Source: an uncultured delta proteobacterium
GTDB taxonomy: Bacteria; Myxococcota; Myxococcia; Myxococcales; Anaeromyxobacteraceae
Direction of reading: 5' to 3'
Assembly (NCBI GenBank): GCA_963845515.1
Contig: CAWJSR010000055.1
Coordinates: forward strand, 32,001-96,000
Length of the DNA stretch: 64,000 nucleotides
The notes beneath the pieces were generated by a model. The model did no database searches. It was given only the letters and a program-made list of their open reading frames with translations, and was not told the origin of the DNA. Positions within the stretch are counted from its first letter, which is position 1; each line of letters begins with the position of its first letter. Below, piece by piece: positions 9,388-19,144 of this stretch. A program made the position numbers and the translations under genes.

Positions 9388-11255
9388 TGTCCGCTCACTC
9401 CAAGGCCTCCAGTCACCCGATCGTAATCGGAGGCGCGCTCCCCGGAGGCCATCGCTCGGCGCCGCCCCTCGGCCAGCAGCTCCCTCGCCTCCGCGAGCCG
9501 CCCCTCGGTGGTGAGAAGTCGCGCGAGATTCACCGCCGCGTGCCAGTGCTTTCGGTCCCGGAGGAGCGCCTCCCGGAACATCCTCTCGGCGTCGCGGGGC
9601 CGCCCGACGCTCCGGTAGCAGTTGGCCAGCTGGTTGTAGCCGTCCGCCAGCCGGAGGCCGCTCGCAACGGCACGCTCGAACCAGGGCAGCGCCGCCGCGG
9701 CCCCATCCCTGGCCTTGGCCAGAAGCCCCATGTCGTAGAGCGCATCGGGCTCGGAAGGTGAGCGCTCGAGGGCTCGGCGGTAGTGCGCCTCCGCGCCCGC
9801 GAGGTCCCCTCTAGAATGCAGGATCACCCCGCGGTTCACGAGCGCCTTCGGATCCCAGGGGTTGCCGCTCAGCACCCAGTCATAGGCGGCCAGCGCCTCG
9901 TCAACGCGTCCCGCTCGCTCGTACACCTTGCCCAGATTGACGAGCGCCACGGCATTGCCCGGCGTGTTGCCTTCGCTGAGTGAGGCCGTGTGAAGGAAGA
10001 GTGACTCCGTGTCCTTCCAGAAGCCCACCTGCTCGCGTGTCTGCAGGGCGAGCCCAACGGTGATGACCGCGACCAGCGGTGCGACCGCCGCCCGCCGGCG
10101 CCCCGCCAGCGGGATCCACTCCGCCAGTCCCCACACCAGGGCGACGAGGAGCCCGATGACGGGCAGATAGACGAATCGATCGGCCGTCGCCGGCCAGAGA
10201 CCGCTGCGAATCAGGCCCGAAGCTGGCACCAGCATCCCGCAGAACCAGAGCCACCCCACGAGTGGAGCGGGCGCGCGACGCGCGTGGAGCGCCACCGCCC
10301 ACGTCGTCACCGCGAGCAACAGCAGCGCCCCGCCCCACGCCGACCAGTGGATGCTCCCCGGCTGCGGGTAGAAGACCCCCAGCCGTGCCGGCCAGAAGAG
10401 GCGGCCCAGGTACTGTGCATATCCCAGGATCGCCGTCTCGATCCGAAGGCCGAACGGCGTGGTCTCCGGATGTGTGCCGCTCGTTCGGCTGACGATCAGC
10501 GAGATCGCGGCGACGAGCGCGAAGAGAGGCGCCTTCTCGAGGAGAAGCCCGGCAGGAGACTGGCGCCGGACCGGCCAGTCCGCGCGCGCTGGAGCGGCCC
10601 ACCGCGTACGGCCCAGCGGCCAGACATCCAGCAGCAAGAACAGCGCCGGCAGCGGCGCCACCGACGCCTTCGCGCAGAAGCTCGCAGCCGTCAGCGCGAC
10701 CACCGCCGCCATGCGCCGCACTCCGGGCGCCCGCGCGTAGCCGGCATACGCCAGCAGCGCCCCCAACGCGAAGACGGCCGAGAGGACGTTCTTCCGCTCC
10801 ACCGCCCACGCGACCGACTCGACCTGGAGCGGGTGGATCGCGAAGATCAGCGCCACCACCGCGGAGCGCCAGCGAGCGCCGGTGGTTCGAAGGAGCAAGG
10901 CGTAGACGAGCAGCGCCGCCAGGACGTGCAGCGCCAGGTTGACGGCGTGCGTGGCCCGGGCGCTGACGCCGAAGAGCGCCACGTCGGCCATCAGCGAGAG
11001 CAGCGTCAGCGGCTGCCAGTAGCTCACGGCGTCGCCGCTCAACCCGAGCGCCCAGCGGACCCCCTCCCATGTGAAACCGTCCTGGACGACCTGGTTCTGC
11101 TCGATGTAGCCGGTGTCGTCGAAGTCGACGAACCCGTTGTCCAGCACCGCCCAGAAGGCGATGAGCGCGGTGAGCGCGATGGCCGCCGCGATCGCGACGT
11201 CGACGCGCGTCGGTCGCGCGCCGTCTCCCGAGCGTCCCGTGGGGCTGATCGTCAT
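9384..11255 (-). CDS. TMTC-like GT-C glycosyltransferase with TPRs
   Basis: FVDFDDTGYI, YWQPLTLLS, HPLQVESVAWAVERKNVLS, ADRFVYLP, FWKDTESLF, several TPRs. Confidence 0.9.
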   Translation of the reverse strand: MTISPTGRSGDGARPTRVDVAIAAAIALTALIAFWAVLDNGFVDFDDTGYIEQNQVVQDGFTWEGVRWALGLSGDAVSYWQPLTLLSLMADVALFGVSARATHAVNLALHVLAALLVYALLLRTTGARWRSAVVALIFAIHPLQVESVAWAVERKNVLSAVFALGALLAYAGYARAPGVRRMAAVVALTAASFCAKASVAPLPALFLLLDVWPLGRTRWAAPARADWPVRRQSPAGLLLEKAPLFALVAAISLIVSRTSGTHPETTPFGLRIETAILGYAQYLGRLFWPARLGVFYPQPGSIHWSAWGGALLLLAVTTWAVALHARRAPAPLVGWLWFCGMLVPASGLIRSGLWPATADRFVYLPVIGLLVALVWGLAEWIPLAGRRRAAVAPLVAVITVGLALQTREQVGFWKDTESLFLHTASLSEGNTPGNAVALVNLGKVYERAGRVDEALAAYDWVLSGNPWDPKALVNRGVILHSRGDLAGAEAHYRRALERSPSEPDALYDMGLLAKARDGAAAALPWFERAVASGLRLADGYNQLANCYRSVGRPRDAERMFREALLRDRKHWHAAVNLARLLTTEGRLAEARELLAEGRRRAMASGERASDYDRVTGGLGVSGQ

Positions 11256-11257
11256 GG

Positions 11258-12724
11258 CTACAGGAACTTGATGCGCCGGGCCGCGAAGAGGACCATCCGG
11301 AGGAGCAGGAGCCCGTGCCGGAAGCGCTGGATGTTGGTGGTCCCGTAGGTGCGCTCCCGGTACCTGATGGGCAGGTCGACTATGCGGAGGTTCTGGCGGG
11401 CCGCTCCGAAGATCAGGTCGAAGTCGCCGAAAGGATCGAACTCGCCGAAGTAGGCCCTGTTGGCCACGATTCGCTCGTAGTCCCGCTTCCAGAGCACCTT
11501 GGTGCCGCAGAGCGTGTCCTTCAGCGTCTGGCCGAGCAGCCAGGAGAAGGCGAGCCCGAAGAACTTGTTGGCGAGGAGGTTGAGGAACCTCATCGCCCGG
11601 TCCTCCATCGGGTAGACCAACCGGACTCCGTTGACGAACTCCCCGCGCCCCGACACCAACGCGTCGTAGAACCGTGGGAGATCCTCGGGCGGGACGGTGA
11701 GATCCGCGTCGAGGATCATCAGGACCTCGCCACGAGCCTCGGCAAACCCGAGCCTGACCGCGTCACCCTTCCCCTTACCCGTCTGGCGGAAGAGCCGCGC
11801 CCGGCACCCGGGGCGAGCCGCGATCTCCCGCTCGATGGTGACGAGCGTGGCATCCGTCGAGTGCCCCTCCACGAACACCAGATCCGTCCCGCCTCCCATC
11901 TCGGGGACCCGATCGAGGATCGCAGGGACGTTCCCGGCTTCATTGCGGGCGGGGACCACCACCGTCACCAGGGGCGCCCTCGGCCGATCCCCGCTCCCGG
12001 GCGCAACCCGGGCGACGACGAAGTTGGTCAGCGTCAGGAACCTGAACGGCCACAGCTTCGCGAGCCAGCGATTGGCCAGCGGCGCCAGGAGCGGAGTCCC
12101 CATGGGCCACAGGACGTCGCCGATCCGCCGGAAAGGCTCGAAGCCCGCGAGGCGCAGCAGGTTCTCGAGATCCTCCACGGCGAGCCAGTTCTGCCGAAGC
12201 AGCGGCTTCGCCAGACCCACCCGCCGCGCCGCGCGCAGCGGCAGCTCCCAGAGCCGGCTGTACGTGTTCAGGACGATCCGCGTCGAGGGCGTGCTGACGG
12301 CCCTGACCTTCTCCAGCACCTGCTGGACGTCCCAGAGATCGTTCACCAGGTCGGAGAGGATCACCACGTCGAAGGGCTCGTCCAGCGCGAGCTCGTGCGC
12401 GTCCTGCTTCACGAAGGTCAGGCGAGGAAACCGCGTTGCCGCCCGGGCGAGCATCTCCCCCGAGAAGTCGACGCCGACTCCACGGGAAGGCTCCAGCGCG
12501 GCGAGCAGCTCGCCTTCTCCGCACCCGATCTCCAGGACCCGCTGCCCGGGGGCGACGAGGTGGCGGAACATCGCCGTGACCCGCTGATGGTAGTAGCCGT
12601 CCATCCACGAGGCTCGACGCGCCACGCCGGCGACTCGATCCCAGTGGTCGACCCGCTCGGCGCGAAAAGTGTCGCCGTACGCCGAGGCGGCGGGCGACGC
12701 TCCGCCGGAGCCACGCTGTGTCAT
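11258..12724 (-). CDS. SAM methyltransferase fused to GT2 (polyprenol-phosphate glycosyltransferase/DPM1-like)
   Basis: N-terminal VLEIGCGEG SAM-binding motif. C-terminal VVVPARNE, GKGDAVRLGF, ILDADL (DxD), DTLCGTK. Confidence 0.9.
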   Translation of the reverse strand: MTQRGSGGASPAASAYGDTFRAERVDHWDRVAGVARRASWMDGYYHQRVTAMFRHLVAPGQRVLEIGCGEGELLAALEPSRGVGVDFSGEMLARAATRFPRLTFVKQDAHELALDEPFDVVILSDLVNDLWDVQQVLEKVRAVSTPSTRIVLNTYSRLWELPLRAARRVGLAKPLLRQNWLAVEDLENLLRLAGFEPFRRIGDVLWPMGTPLLAPLANRWLAKLWPFRFLTLTNFVVARVAPGSGDRPRAPLVTVVVPARNEAGNVPAILDRVPEMGGGTDLVFVEGHSTDATLVTIEREIAARPGCRARLFRQTGKGKGDAVRLGFAEARGEVLMILDADLTVPPEDLPRFYDALVSGRGEFVNGVRLVYPMEDRAMRFLNLLANKFFGLAFSWLLGQTLKDTLCGTKVLWKRDYERIVANRAYFGEFDPFGDFDLIFGAARQNLRIVDLPIRYRERTYGTTNIQRFRHGLLLLRMVLFAARRIKFL

Positions 12725-12731
12725 GTACGCT

Positions 12732-13460
12732 TCACCCTTCCCGGCGAGCTTCGATCATCAGGGAGCCGCCGATCTCGCGCACCACGGGGACCTTCTCCAG
12801 GAGATCGGACAGCGCCTCCACGCCAGCCGCCAACCAGGAAGGCGTAGCGGGGTGGAGGAAGTCGAAGGGTTCCACCCGCAACGGCGTGAACCCGGCCTTG
12901 CGCAGCTCAGCGGCGAGCGGCCAGCGAAGGAACGCCGACTCGTCCGGGGAGTCGCCCGCCCATCGCTTCAGGATGGGGATGTTCTTCTGGAGAAGGATGA
13001 TGGGGTTGGCCATGTTCGGCTCGGAGAAGAGGATCTTCCCTCCCGGCCGGAGGACACGGCGGAACTCGGCGAGGGCCTCCCGGAGCACGAGGTGGTGCAG
13101 CACCGAGATCCCCACCACGACGTCGAACGCGCCCTCCCTGATCCCTGCGGAGTACGCGTTCTGGACCGAGAACCGCACACCGGGGTGCCCCTCTACCCGC
13201 GCCCTGGCCTTCCTCAAGAGGTCTGGAGAGATGTCGATCGCCGTCAAGTCCACTCCGGCCACCGCGAGCGCCTCGGTGAGGAGGCCGGTGCCGCACCCGA
13301 TCTCCAGGACTCTCGCCCCCGGCGGCAGCGCCTGTCGGATGAAGTCCACGCGCCGCTTCCAGCGCCGGACCCCGGCCGCACCCGACCAGTTCCAGATCTC
13401 CTCCGCTCGCCCGGCGATGCGCCGCCCGTGCGCCATCTCGTTTGCAAGTCGATTTCCCAT
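12732..13460 (-). CDS. Class I SAM-dependent methyltransferase
   Basis: ATG at 13460 (MGNRLANE). VLEIGCGTG, AIDISPDLL, FDVVVGISVLHHL, RVLRPGG. Confidence 0.88.
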   Translation of the reverse strand: MGNRLANEMAHGRRIAGRAEEIWNWSGAAGVRRWKRRVDFIRQALPPGARVLEIGCGTGLLTEALAVAGVDLTAIDISPDLLRKARARVEGHPGVRFSVQNAYSAGIREGAFDVVVGISVLHHLVLREALAEFRRVLRPGGKILFSEPNMANPIILLQKNIPILKRWAGDSPDESAFLRWPLAAELRKAGFTPLRVEPFDFLHPATPSWLAAGVEALSDLLEKVPVVREIGGSLMIEARREG

Positions 13461-13551
13461 CGAAGTCCGATTGTGCCAGCAGGCTTGCCCGGGTGCGAGC
13501 GGCAAATCGCCTCTTGCAGAGCGGCGCTCAGCGGATTCCAGCGGGACCTGC

Positions 13552-15168
13552 TCACTCCAGGAGGGCGCGAACGTATTCTCGCGCGCGCTGCTGATCCGCC
13601 GGCACCGCACCGAGGAACGCCTGGTACATCTCCCTCGCTTCGAGGAGCCGACCGCGCGCCCGGAGGCTCTCGGCGAGCAGGAACATCGCCTCGAAGTTGG
13701 TCCCGTCCTGGCGAATCGCCTCGCGATACTGCTGCTCAGCCCCAAGGGCATCCCCGTCGTGCTGCAGGAAGCCGGCGAGCGCCACGCGCGCCCGGGCGTT
13801 CCATGGCTGGAGGCGTATCGCCGCTTCGATCTCCGCACGTGCCTCCGCAAAACGCCCCGCCCGCATGAGCGTGTCGCCGAGGTTGAAGCGCATCTCGCCG
13901 CTCCCTGGCTCCACCTCCACCGCGCGCCGATAGAGGGAAAGGCTGTCATTCCAGTGCCGCCCCTGGAGCACGCTGGCTGCACCCAGCCCAGCCACGAGCA
14001 GGCAGGAAGCGCCGACCGCGGCGCCCCTCAACCTTCCCTCTGCCGGGATCAGCTCCGCTGCAAGAAAGACCAGGCCGAAGACGACCCCCGCGAATGCGAC
14101 GTAGACGAAGCGGTCGGCGCGACTCGGCCATAGTCCGCTTTGCCAGAGGCCGAGGTGCGGCAACAGCGCGACGCCGAACCAGGCACATCCAGCCAGCACG
14201 CTCGGATGTCTCCGCGCCAGGAGGAACGCCGCGGCGGTGACCAGCAACAGCGCCGCGACTCCCGCTGCCACCTTCGCCATGGGAACCGACGCTGGGAAGG
14301 GGTGAAACACTGCGTGACCGAACGGCCAGAAGAGGTCGCCGAGATAGGCGGGAAGGGACGCGATCGCGTTCTGGATCCTCACGCCGAGCGGCGCCGAGGC
14401 CGCGATGTTCGCGGTGATGCCCCTCGCCGAGAACAGGACGAGTGCAGTCATGCCCACGGAGAGGGCCAACATCGGCAACTTCTCGATCGTGAGGCCCTTC
14501 AACGACCGCAGGCGCCCCGCCAACCCGTCGCCTTCGAGCCGGCTCAATGGCCACGCATCCATGACGAGGAGCAACCCCGGCAGCACGACCCACGACGCCT
14601 TGGCCGCCATCGCCGCCACGAAGAGCGCGGCCAGCGCCACCTTCTGCTTGCTCGACGGCCGGCCCCGTGCGGCCACGTAGAGGAGGACCGCGCCGAACCC
14701 GAAGGCCGCCGACAGGACCGTCTTGCGCTCCGTCACCCAGGAGACCGACTCCAGCGTGACGGGGTGCGCAGCGAAGATCGCGGCCGCGATCAGCGACGGC
14801 CAGGGCCGCGCAGTGGCCAGGCGAAGGAGGGAGTAGAGCAGGACCACCACGACGGCATGCAGCAGCACGTTGACGAGGTGAAACCCCCAGGGGGCAGCGC
14901 CGAGGACCTCCCTGTCCAGCATGAGCGAGAGCCAGGTGATCGGGTGGAAGTAGGTGTTCCCGTGGTCGCTCTGGAAGGCCCATGCCACGCCTTTCGCCGA
15001 GAGACCTCCCTGGACGTGCTGGTTCTCGTAGACGTACACGTTGTCGTCGAAGGAGACGAAATCCCGGGTCACGGCCGCGCCGTGAACGATTCCCACGATC
15101 GCAACGAGGAGCGCCACGCGACCGACTTCGCCGACCCGCTCCGGCAATGCCCTCATCTCGAAGTCCAC
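13552..15168 (-). CDS. TMTC-like GT-C glycosyltransferase with TPRs
   Basis: FVSFDDNVYV, YFHPITWLS, HPVTLESVSWVTERKTVLS, ADRFVYV, WNDSLSLY, TPRs. Start may be the ATG at 15156. Confidence 0.9.
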   Translation of the reverse strand: MDFEMRALPERVGEVGRVALLVAIVGIVHGAAVTRDFVSFDDNVYVYENQHVQGGLSAKGVAWAFQSDHGNTYFHPITWLSLMLDREVLGAAPWGFHLVNVLLHAVVVVLLYSLLRLATARPWPSLIAAAIFAAHPVTLESVSWVTERKTVLSAAFGFGAVLLYVAARGRPSSKQKVALAALFVAAMAAKASWVVLPGLLLVMDAWPLSRLEGDGLAGRLRSLKGLTIEKLPMLALSVGMTALVLFSARGITANIAASAPLGVRIQNAIASLPAYLGDLFWPFGHAVFHPFPASVPMAKVAAGVAALLLVTAAAFLLARRHPSVLAGCAWFGVALLPHLGLWQSGLWPSRADRFVYVAFAGVVFGLVFLAAELIPAEGRLRGAAVGASCLLVAGLGAASVLQGRHWNDSLSLYRRAVEVEPGSGEMRFNLGDTLMRAGRFAEARAEIEAAIRLQPWNARARVALAGFLQHDGDALGAEQQYREAIRQDGTNFEAMFLLAESLRARGRLLEAREMYQAFLGAVPADQQRAREYVRALLE

Positions 15169-15302
15169 CCCTCTAGAGGTAATCGCGCGCCACGCGCGCC
15201 TCGCGATCTTACCACGCCCGCCCCCTCCCCCCGTCGCACGGGCGCGCGCGCACGCCTTCGTGGCCCGGGACCTCGGCGGCTGGCGCTATACTCGCGCGGC
15301 CC

Positions 15303-16436
15303 ATGTCGACCGGCCCGTCCACGAACCTCCCCACTGGCATGGCGCCTCGCACGCTCCCGCTTCTGCTTGCGGCAACCCTCGGCGCATGGCCGCTGGGGTC
15401 CGACGCCATGCCCCTCCATCCCGTGCCGCTCGACGCGATCGTCCCGCAGATGGAGACTGACGGCCCACTTCGGCTCGCGCCCGCGGGGCTGCAGCTCGAC
15501 ATCGATCGCAGGCAGACGCTCACCCTTCCGCTGCGCGGACTCGACCTGCTCGAACTGGACGTTCGCTCCGAGGGCTACTTCACGCTGGTCTGGTCCGACG
15601 ACGGCCCGCCCGACACCGGGCGTTGGCCTCAGCCACCGCACTACCAGCGGCTTCCTCCGGGGATCTCGACCGTCCGCATCCCGATGCTCGTCGGAGGGGC
15701 AGCACTGGCTGGGGGCCGCCCTGTCCTGATGGTCGACGGCACCGGTCGCCTGACCATCACGGCCGTGCGCGCCTCGCCCCTGGCGCCGGCCCCGAGTGAC
15801 GCAAAGCGGCAATCCGATCTCGCCACGCTCCTCTTCCCGGAAACCATCTGGCACACCACGGTCAATCGCCTCACTCCTCCCCAGCTTTCCGCCGACCCGC
15901 CGCGATGGTTCGCCGATCGCGCGGCGCTCCTCGGCGCCGTCGCAGCCGTCGTGGCAGGCGGGCTTGCGTGGCGCCGTGGTGGCGCTCCCCGCGCTGCGGC
16001 GAAGGGACTCGTCGCGGGCTGCCTGGTCGCCAGCGCGCTCTCCGACGGTCTGCTGCTCGTCCGCCTCCTGCCGGCCTTCCGCCTGGCGCCGCCACCGCGG
16101 GTCGAGGAGAGGATCCGGGACAACTACTACTTCGACGCCGAGTTCGGCGCCCTTGCCGCCCTCGCACGCTCCACACTCAGGCCCACCGAACGCGTCGGGA
16201 CGATCGCGGCCGCCGACGACTGGTTCACCCGGCAGACCCTCTGCTTCAACCTCGCGCCACGCCCGTGCGTGAAGGTCGAGGGGGCCGGCCCGCGGTTTCC
16301 CGACCTCGCCGGCGTCAGGCGCCTCAGCCTGGACGAGCTCGACGCCGTCGTCGTCTCGGGTGACGCCGTGGCGCCAGCAGGCTTCGTGCCTGTTGCCCGC
16401 GTGAGCCCGTACGCCTTCGTGGCACGCCGACCATGA
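15303..16436 (+). CDS. Hypothetical membrane protein (exported N-domain plus about 2 TM helices)
   Basis: Protein-like composition and hydrophobic segments. Stop overlaps the next ATG (ATGA). Start could be 15339. Confidence 0.6.
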   Translation: MSTGPSTNLPTGMAPRTLPLLLAATLGAWPLGSDAMPLHPVPLDAIVPQMETDGPLRLAPAGLQLDIDRRQTLTLPLRGLDLLELDVRSEGYFTLVWSDDGPPDTGRWPQPPHYQRLPPGISTVRIPMLVGGAALAGGRPVLMVDGTGRLTITAVRASPLAPAPSDAKRQSDLATLLFPETIWHTTVNRLTPPQLSADPPRWFADRAALLGAVAAVVAGGLAWRRGGAPRAAAKGLVAGCLVASALSDGLLLVRLLPAFRLAPPPRVEERIRDNYYFDAEFGALAALARSTLRPTERVGTIAAADDWFTRQTLCFNLAPRPCVKVEGAGPRFPDLAGVRRLSLDELDAVVVSGDAVAPAGFVPVARVSPYAFVARRP

Positions 16437-17791
16437 GCTACCTCGTCGCGCTGCTGCTCCTATCGCTGTCGGGTGTGTCCTTGCTCCGGTTGGCCCGGCT
16501 CGGCACCGGCACCTGGTTGGTGGACGGCCCGCTCGGCTGGCTGCTCGGCTGCGGGTGGTTCTCCCTGACCGCGATGCTGCTCCGTTTCCTCCTCGGGATT
16601 CCACATGGACGCGTAGTGGCACTCGCGATCGCCACCGCACCGATCGCGCTCTGGATCGGGCATCGCTCGCTGGCTCGGCAGCGGCCCGGCCCGAGCCCGA
16701 CACCGGCGGCGCTCCGATTCCCCCGGCCCACCTGGCTCTTCGGCCCGCTCGCCGCCTACGTGCTGCTGGTCCTCGTCGCCGTCCTCCTGCACGGCGCCAA
16801 CACTCCGACCCACACCGACGACGCCGTGCGCGTCCGGGCCCTGACACCCATCCTGGCCTTCGACGATGAATGGAGCGCGCCCGCGCGGTCGCTCCTCATG
16901 ATGGCCGGCCCGGTCACCACCTTCGTCCCATCCCTCGGCTGGAGCGTCTCGGGAACGCTCGATCACTTCCACGTCAACTACTTCGTGGGAACGTCGCTCG
17001 CAGCCTTCCTCCTGCTAGCCGTCGGACTGGCCAGCATCCGCGGCGCACCGGAGCGAGGCTGGGCCCAGTCCTTCGCCACCCTCTCCATTCCACTCTTCGT
17101 CTACCACTGCACCTCCACGTACTCCGATGCCGTGCTCGCGCTCTTCGTCGCGGCCGGTGCACTCTTTGCGATGGAATATGGCCGCGGAGGCGACCTCTCC
17201 GACGCGATCCGCGCCGGCCTGATCTGGGCTGCAGCCACGATGGTGAAGCGTGAGGGAGAGGTGGTCGCCGGCTCGATGCTCCTGCTTCTCCTCCTCCAGG
17301 TCGGATGGCGCGCTCGCAACGGCAACTGGCGGCACCTCGGCCGGGCCCTCGCCTTCCTGGCTCCACCGGTCGTTCTCTTCGCGGCCGGGAAGGTCGCAGC
17401 GGTCGGGCTGGCAGAGGCCTTCCCCATCCTCTCCGTCCTGGCGAATGCCCCGTCCCTGGATTCGGCTGGCGCGCCTGGCCCGGCGGTGGCGGAGGGAATT
17501 TGCGCAGCCGCAGCCAGCGAATTCGGCTTCGCTCTCCTTCGATCCTGGAACGCCGGGATGGTCTTCTGGCTGTTGCCCTTCGCCGTGATACTCCGGCCCC
17601 GCCTGCTGCGATGCCCTGCGTTCTCCTGGTCCCTCGTCACCGTCACCGTGCTCCTCGGCGAGACGGCCTACGTGTCCATCGTCGCCTTTCCGGAGTTCAC
17701 GATCGACCAGACCACGGTCCACCGCGCCCTCCTCGTCCCGGCCCTCGCGGCGGCCTGCTGGATCGCGGCGGTCGCAACCGAGCCCGCTTAG
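16433..17791 (+). CDS. Polytopic membrane protein, possibly GT-C fold
   Basis: Many TM helices, an acidic TDD pair in an early loop, YSD.VLA and VKREG motifs typical of GT-C-like proteins. Confidence 0.6.
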   Translation: MSYLVALLLLSLSGVSLLRLARLGTGTWLVDGPLGWLLGCGWFSLTAMLLRFLLGIPHGRVVALAIATAPIALWIGHRSLARQRPGPSPTPAALRFPRPTWLFGPLAAYVLLVLVAVLLHGANTPTHTDDAVRVRALTPILAFDDEWSAPARSLLMMAGPVTTFVPSLGWSVSGTLDHFHVNYFVGTSLAAFLLLAVGLASIRGAPERGWAQSFATLSIPLFVYHCTSTYSDAVLALFVAAGALFAMEYGRGGDLSDAIRAGLIWAAATMVKREGEVVAGSMLLLLLLQVGWRARNGNWRHLGRALAFLAPPVVLFAAGKVAAVGLAEAFPILSVLANAPSLDSAGAPGPAVAEGICAAAASEFGFALLRSWNAGMVFWLLPFAVILRPRLLRCPAFSWSLVTVTVLLGETAYVSIVAFPEFTIDQTTVHRALLVPALAAACWIAAVATEPA

Positions 17792-17834
17792 AGACGTTCA
17801 GGCCGCCGACTGAATGGCGCCGCTCGGTCGTTGG

Positions 17835-18269
17835 TCAGTGGCGCTTGTGGCACTCCAGACATACGGTCGAGTACTTCGCCCTGAACCCGAACTTCTGCGC
17901 CTTCACATCGTGTGGGTCATGACACGTGTGGCAGATGATCCTCCCCCCCTCCTCGACGGGCAGGGTCGCTGGAGGCGGATCCTGGATCTTGCCGACGTGC
18001 GTCATCGTCGTCCCTGGGTGGCACTCGTGACAGAGGTCGGGCTCCTTCGCGCGCAGCTTGCCGGCCTGTGACACGTGGCAGCGCTGGCAGAGCGGCGCGC
18101 CCTTGTAGTCGTGGGCGTTCTTCCACTCCTTGACGTCCGCCTCCGGCTGGACGGTCCAGGGAGCCTTCGGCGGCGGTGACGGGCGGCGCGCGATCTTCGG
18201 CCCGCCACAGCCGCCGAGCGACACGGCGACTACGGCGGCCAGAGCCAGGGAGAGGGGTGCAGGGCGCAT
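17835..18269 (-). CDS. Small tetraheme c-type cytochrome lipoprotein
   Basis: MRPAPLSLALAAVVAVSLGGC lipobox. CQRCH, CHECH, CHTCHDPH, CLECH. Confidence 0.88.
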   Translation of the reverse strand: MRPAPLSLALAAVVAVSLGGCGGPKIARRPSPPPKAPWTVQPEADVKEWKNAHDYKGAPLCQRCHVSQAGKLRAKEPDLCHECHPGTTMTHVGKIQDPPPATLPVEEGGRIICHTCHDPHDVKAQKFGFRAKYSTVCLECHKRH

Positions 18270-18307
18270 GGTCGGGAATTTACCATGACGCGCACCTCTC
18301 GACCGAC

Positions 18308-19144
18308 TCAGAACACGGGCGCGTCCGGCACCGTGAAGACGTGCATCGAGCCCTGCAGGACCGTCCCCACGCCGAAGTAGGCGATGACCACGAGCAGCAC
18401 CGCGAACATGGCGAACCAGGCGAAGCGCTGGTCGCGCCAGCCATAGGTGACGCGGAGGTGGATCAGGACGCCATACGCGAGCCACGCCAGGAGGTTCCAC
18501 GTCTCGAGGGGATCCCACGACCAGTACGCGCCCCACAGATCCTTCGCCCAGATCGCCCCCGAGGCGATCATGACCGCGCACGTGATGAACCCGAACACCA
18601 CGTACCGGTAGGCCACGCGGTCCAGCTCCTCGAGGGACGGCAGCCGCTCCGCTGCGGGCAGGCGGCCCGCCCTTCGCAGCAGGTAGGCCAGCGAGGCACC
18701 GCTCGCCACCGAGAAGGCGGCGTACGCGAGGAACGCGAAGAAGACGTGCACGTAGAGCCACACGCTCCGCAGCGACGGCGCCATCGGGCCACCGGCGGTG
18801 TTCTGCGTGACGCTCCACCCGAGGATCACGAGCGCGAGGGCGAGGGCACCGATCCCGACGGACCTGAACAGCTTCCAGGCCGCAGGCGCGGCGAAGGCGA
18901 ACACGACTATGGACCAGGCTCCAGTGGAGGCGTTCTCGTACGGCGTCGCGATTGGCGCGTGCCCGGTCTCGACCCAGCGCGCCAGCAAGGCCGCGGTGTG
19001 CGCCGCGAGCCCCGTGCCGGCCGCGATCCGCCCGAAGAGCGCCAGCCGGTCGCGCTGGAAGACGAGCGCCGCCAGCGGCAGGACGAGCCCCGCGGCGTAG
19101 GTGACGAAGACGATCGCCAGCAAGCTGGCTTCAAGGCGTGACAT
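18308..19144 (-). CDS. resC: Cytochrome c biogenesis system II heme lyase ResC/CcsA
   Basis: WWD domain GAIWAKDLWGAYWSWDPLETW, conserved His in WLYVHV and LIHLR, PYEN motif. Confidence 0.93.
   Translation of the reverse strand: MSRLEASLLAIVFVTYAAGLVLPLAALVFQRDRLALFGRIAAGTGLAAHTAALLARWVETGHAPIATPYENASTGAWSIVVFAFAAPAAWKLFRSVGIGALALALVILGWSVTQNTAGGPMAPSLRSVWLYVHVFFAFLAYAAFSVASGASLAYLLRRAGRLPAAERLPSLEELDRVAYRYVVFGFITCAVMIASGAIWAKDLWGAYWSWDPLETWNLLAWLAYGVLIHLRVTYGWRDQRFAWFAMFAVLLVVIAYFGVGTVLQGSMHVFTVPDAPVF

Noticed and set aside
15178..15213. Imperfect inverted repeat GGTAATCGCG...CGCGATCTTACC in the divergent intergenic region
   Set aside because: Weak and GC-biased, with no second copy or recognisable motif.
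17835..18818. 327-aa ORF suggesting a ResC-cytochrome fusion
   Set aside because: The upstream part is out of frame with resC. The real lipoprotein starts at 18269.
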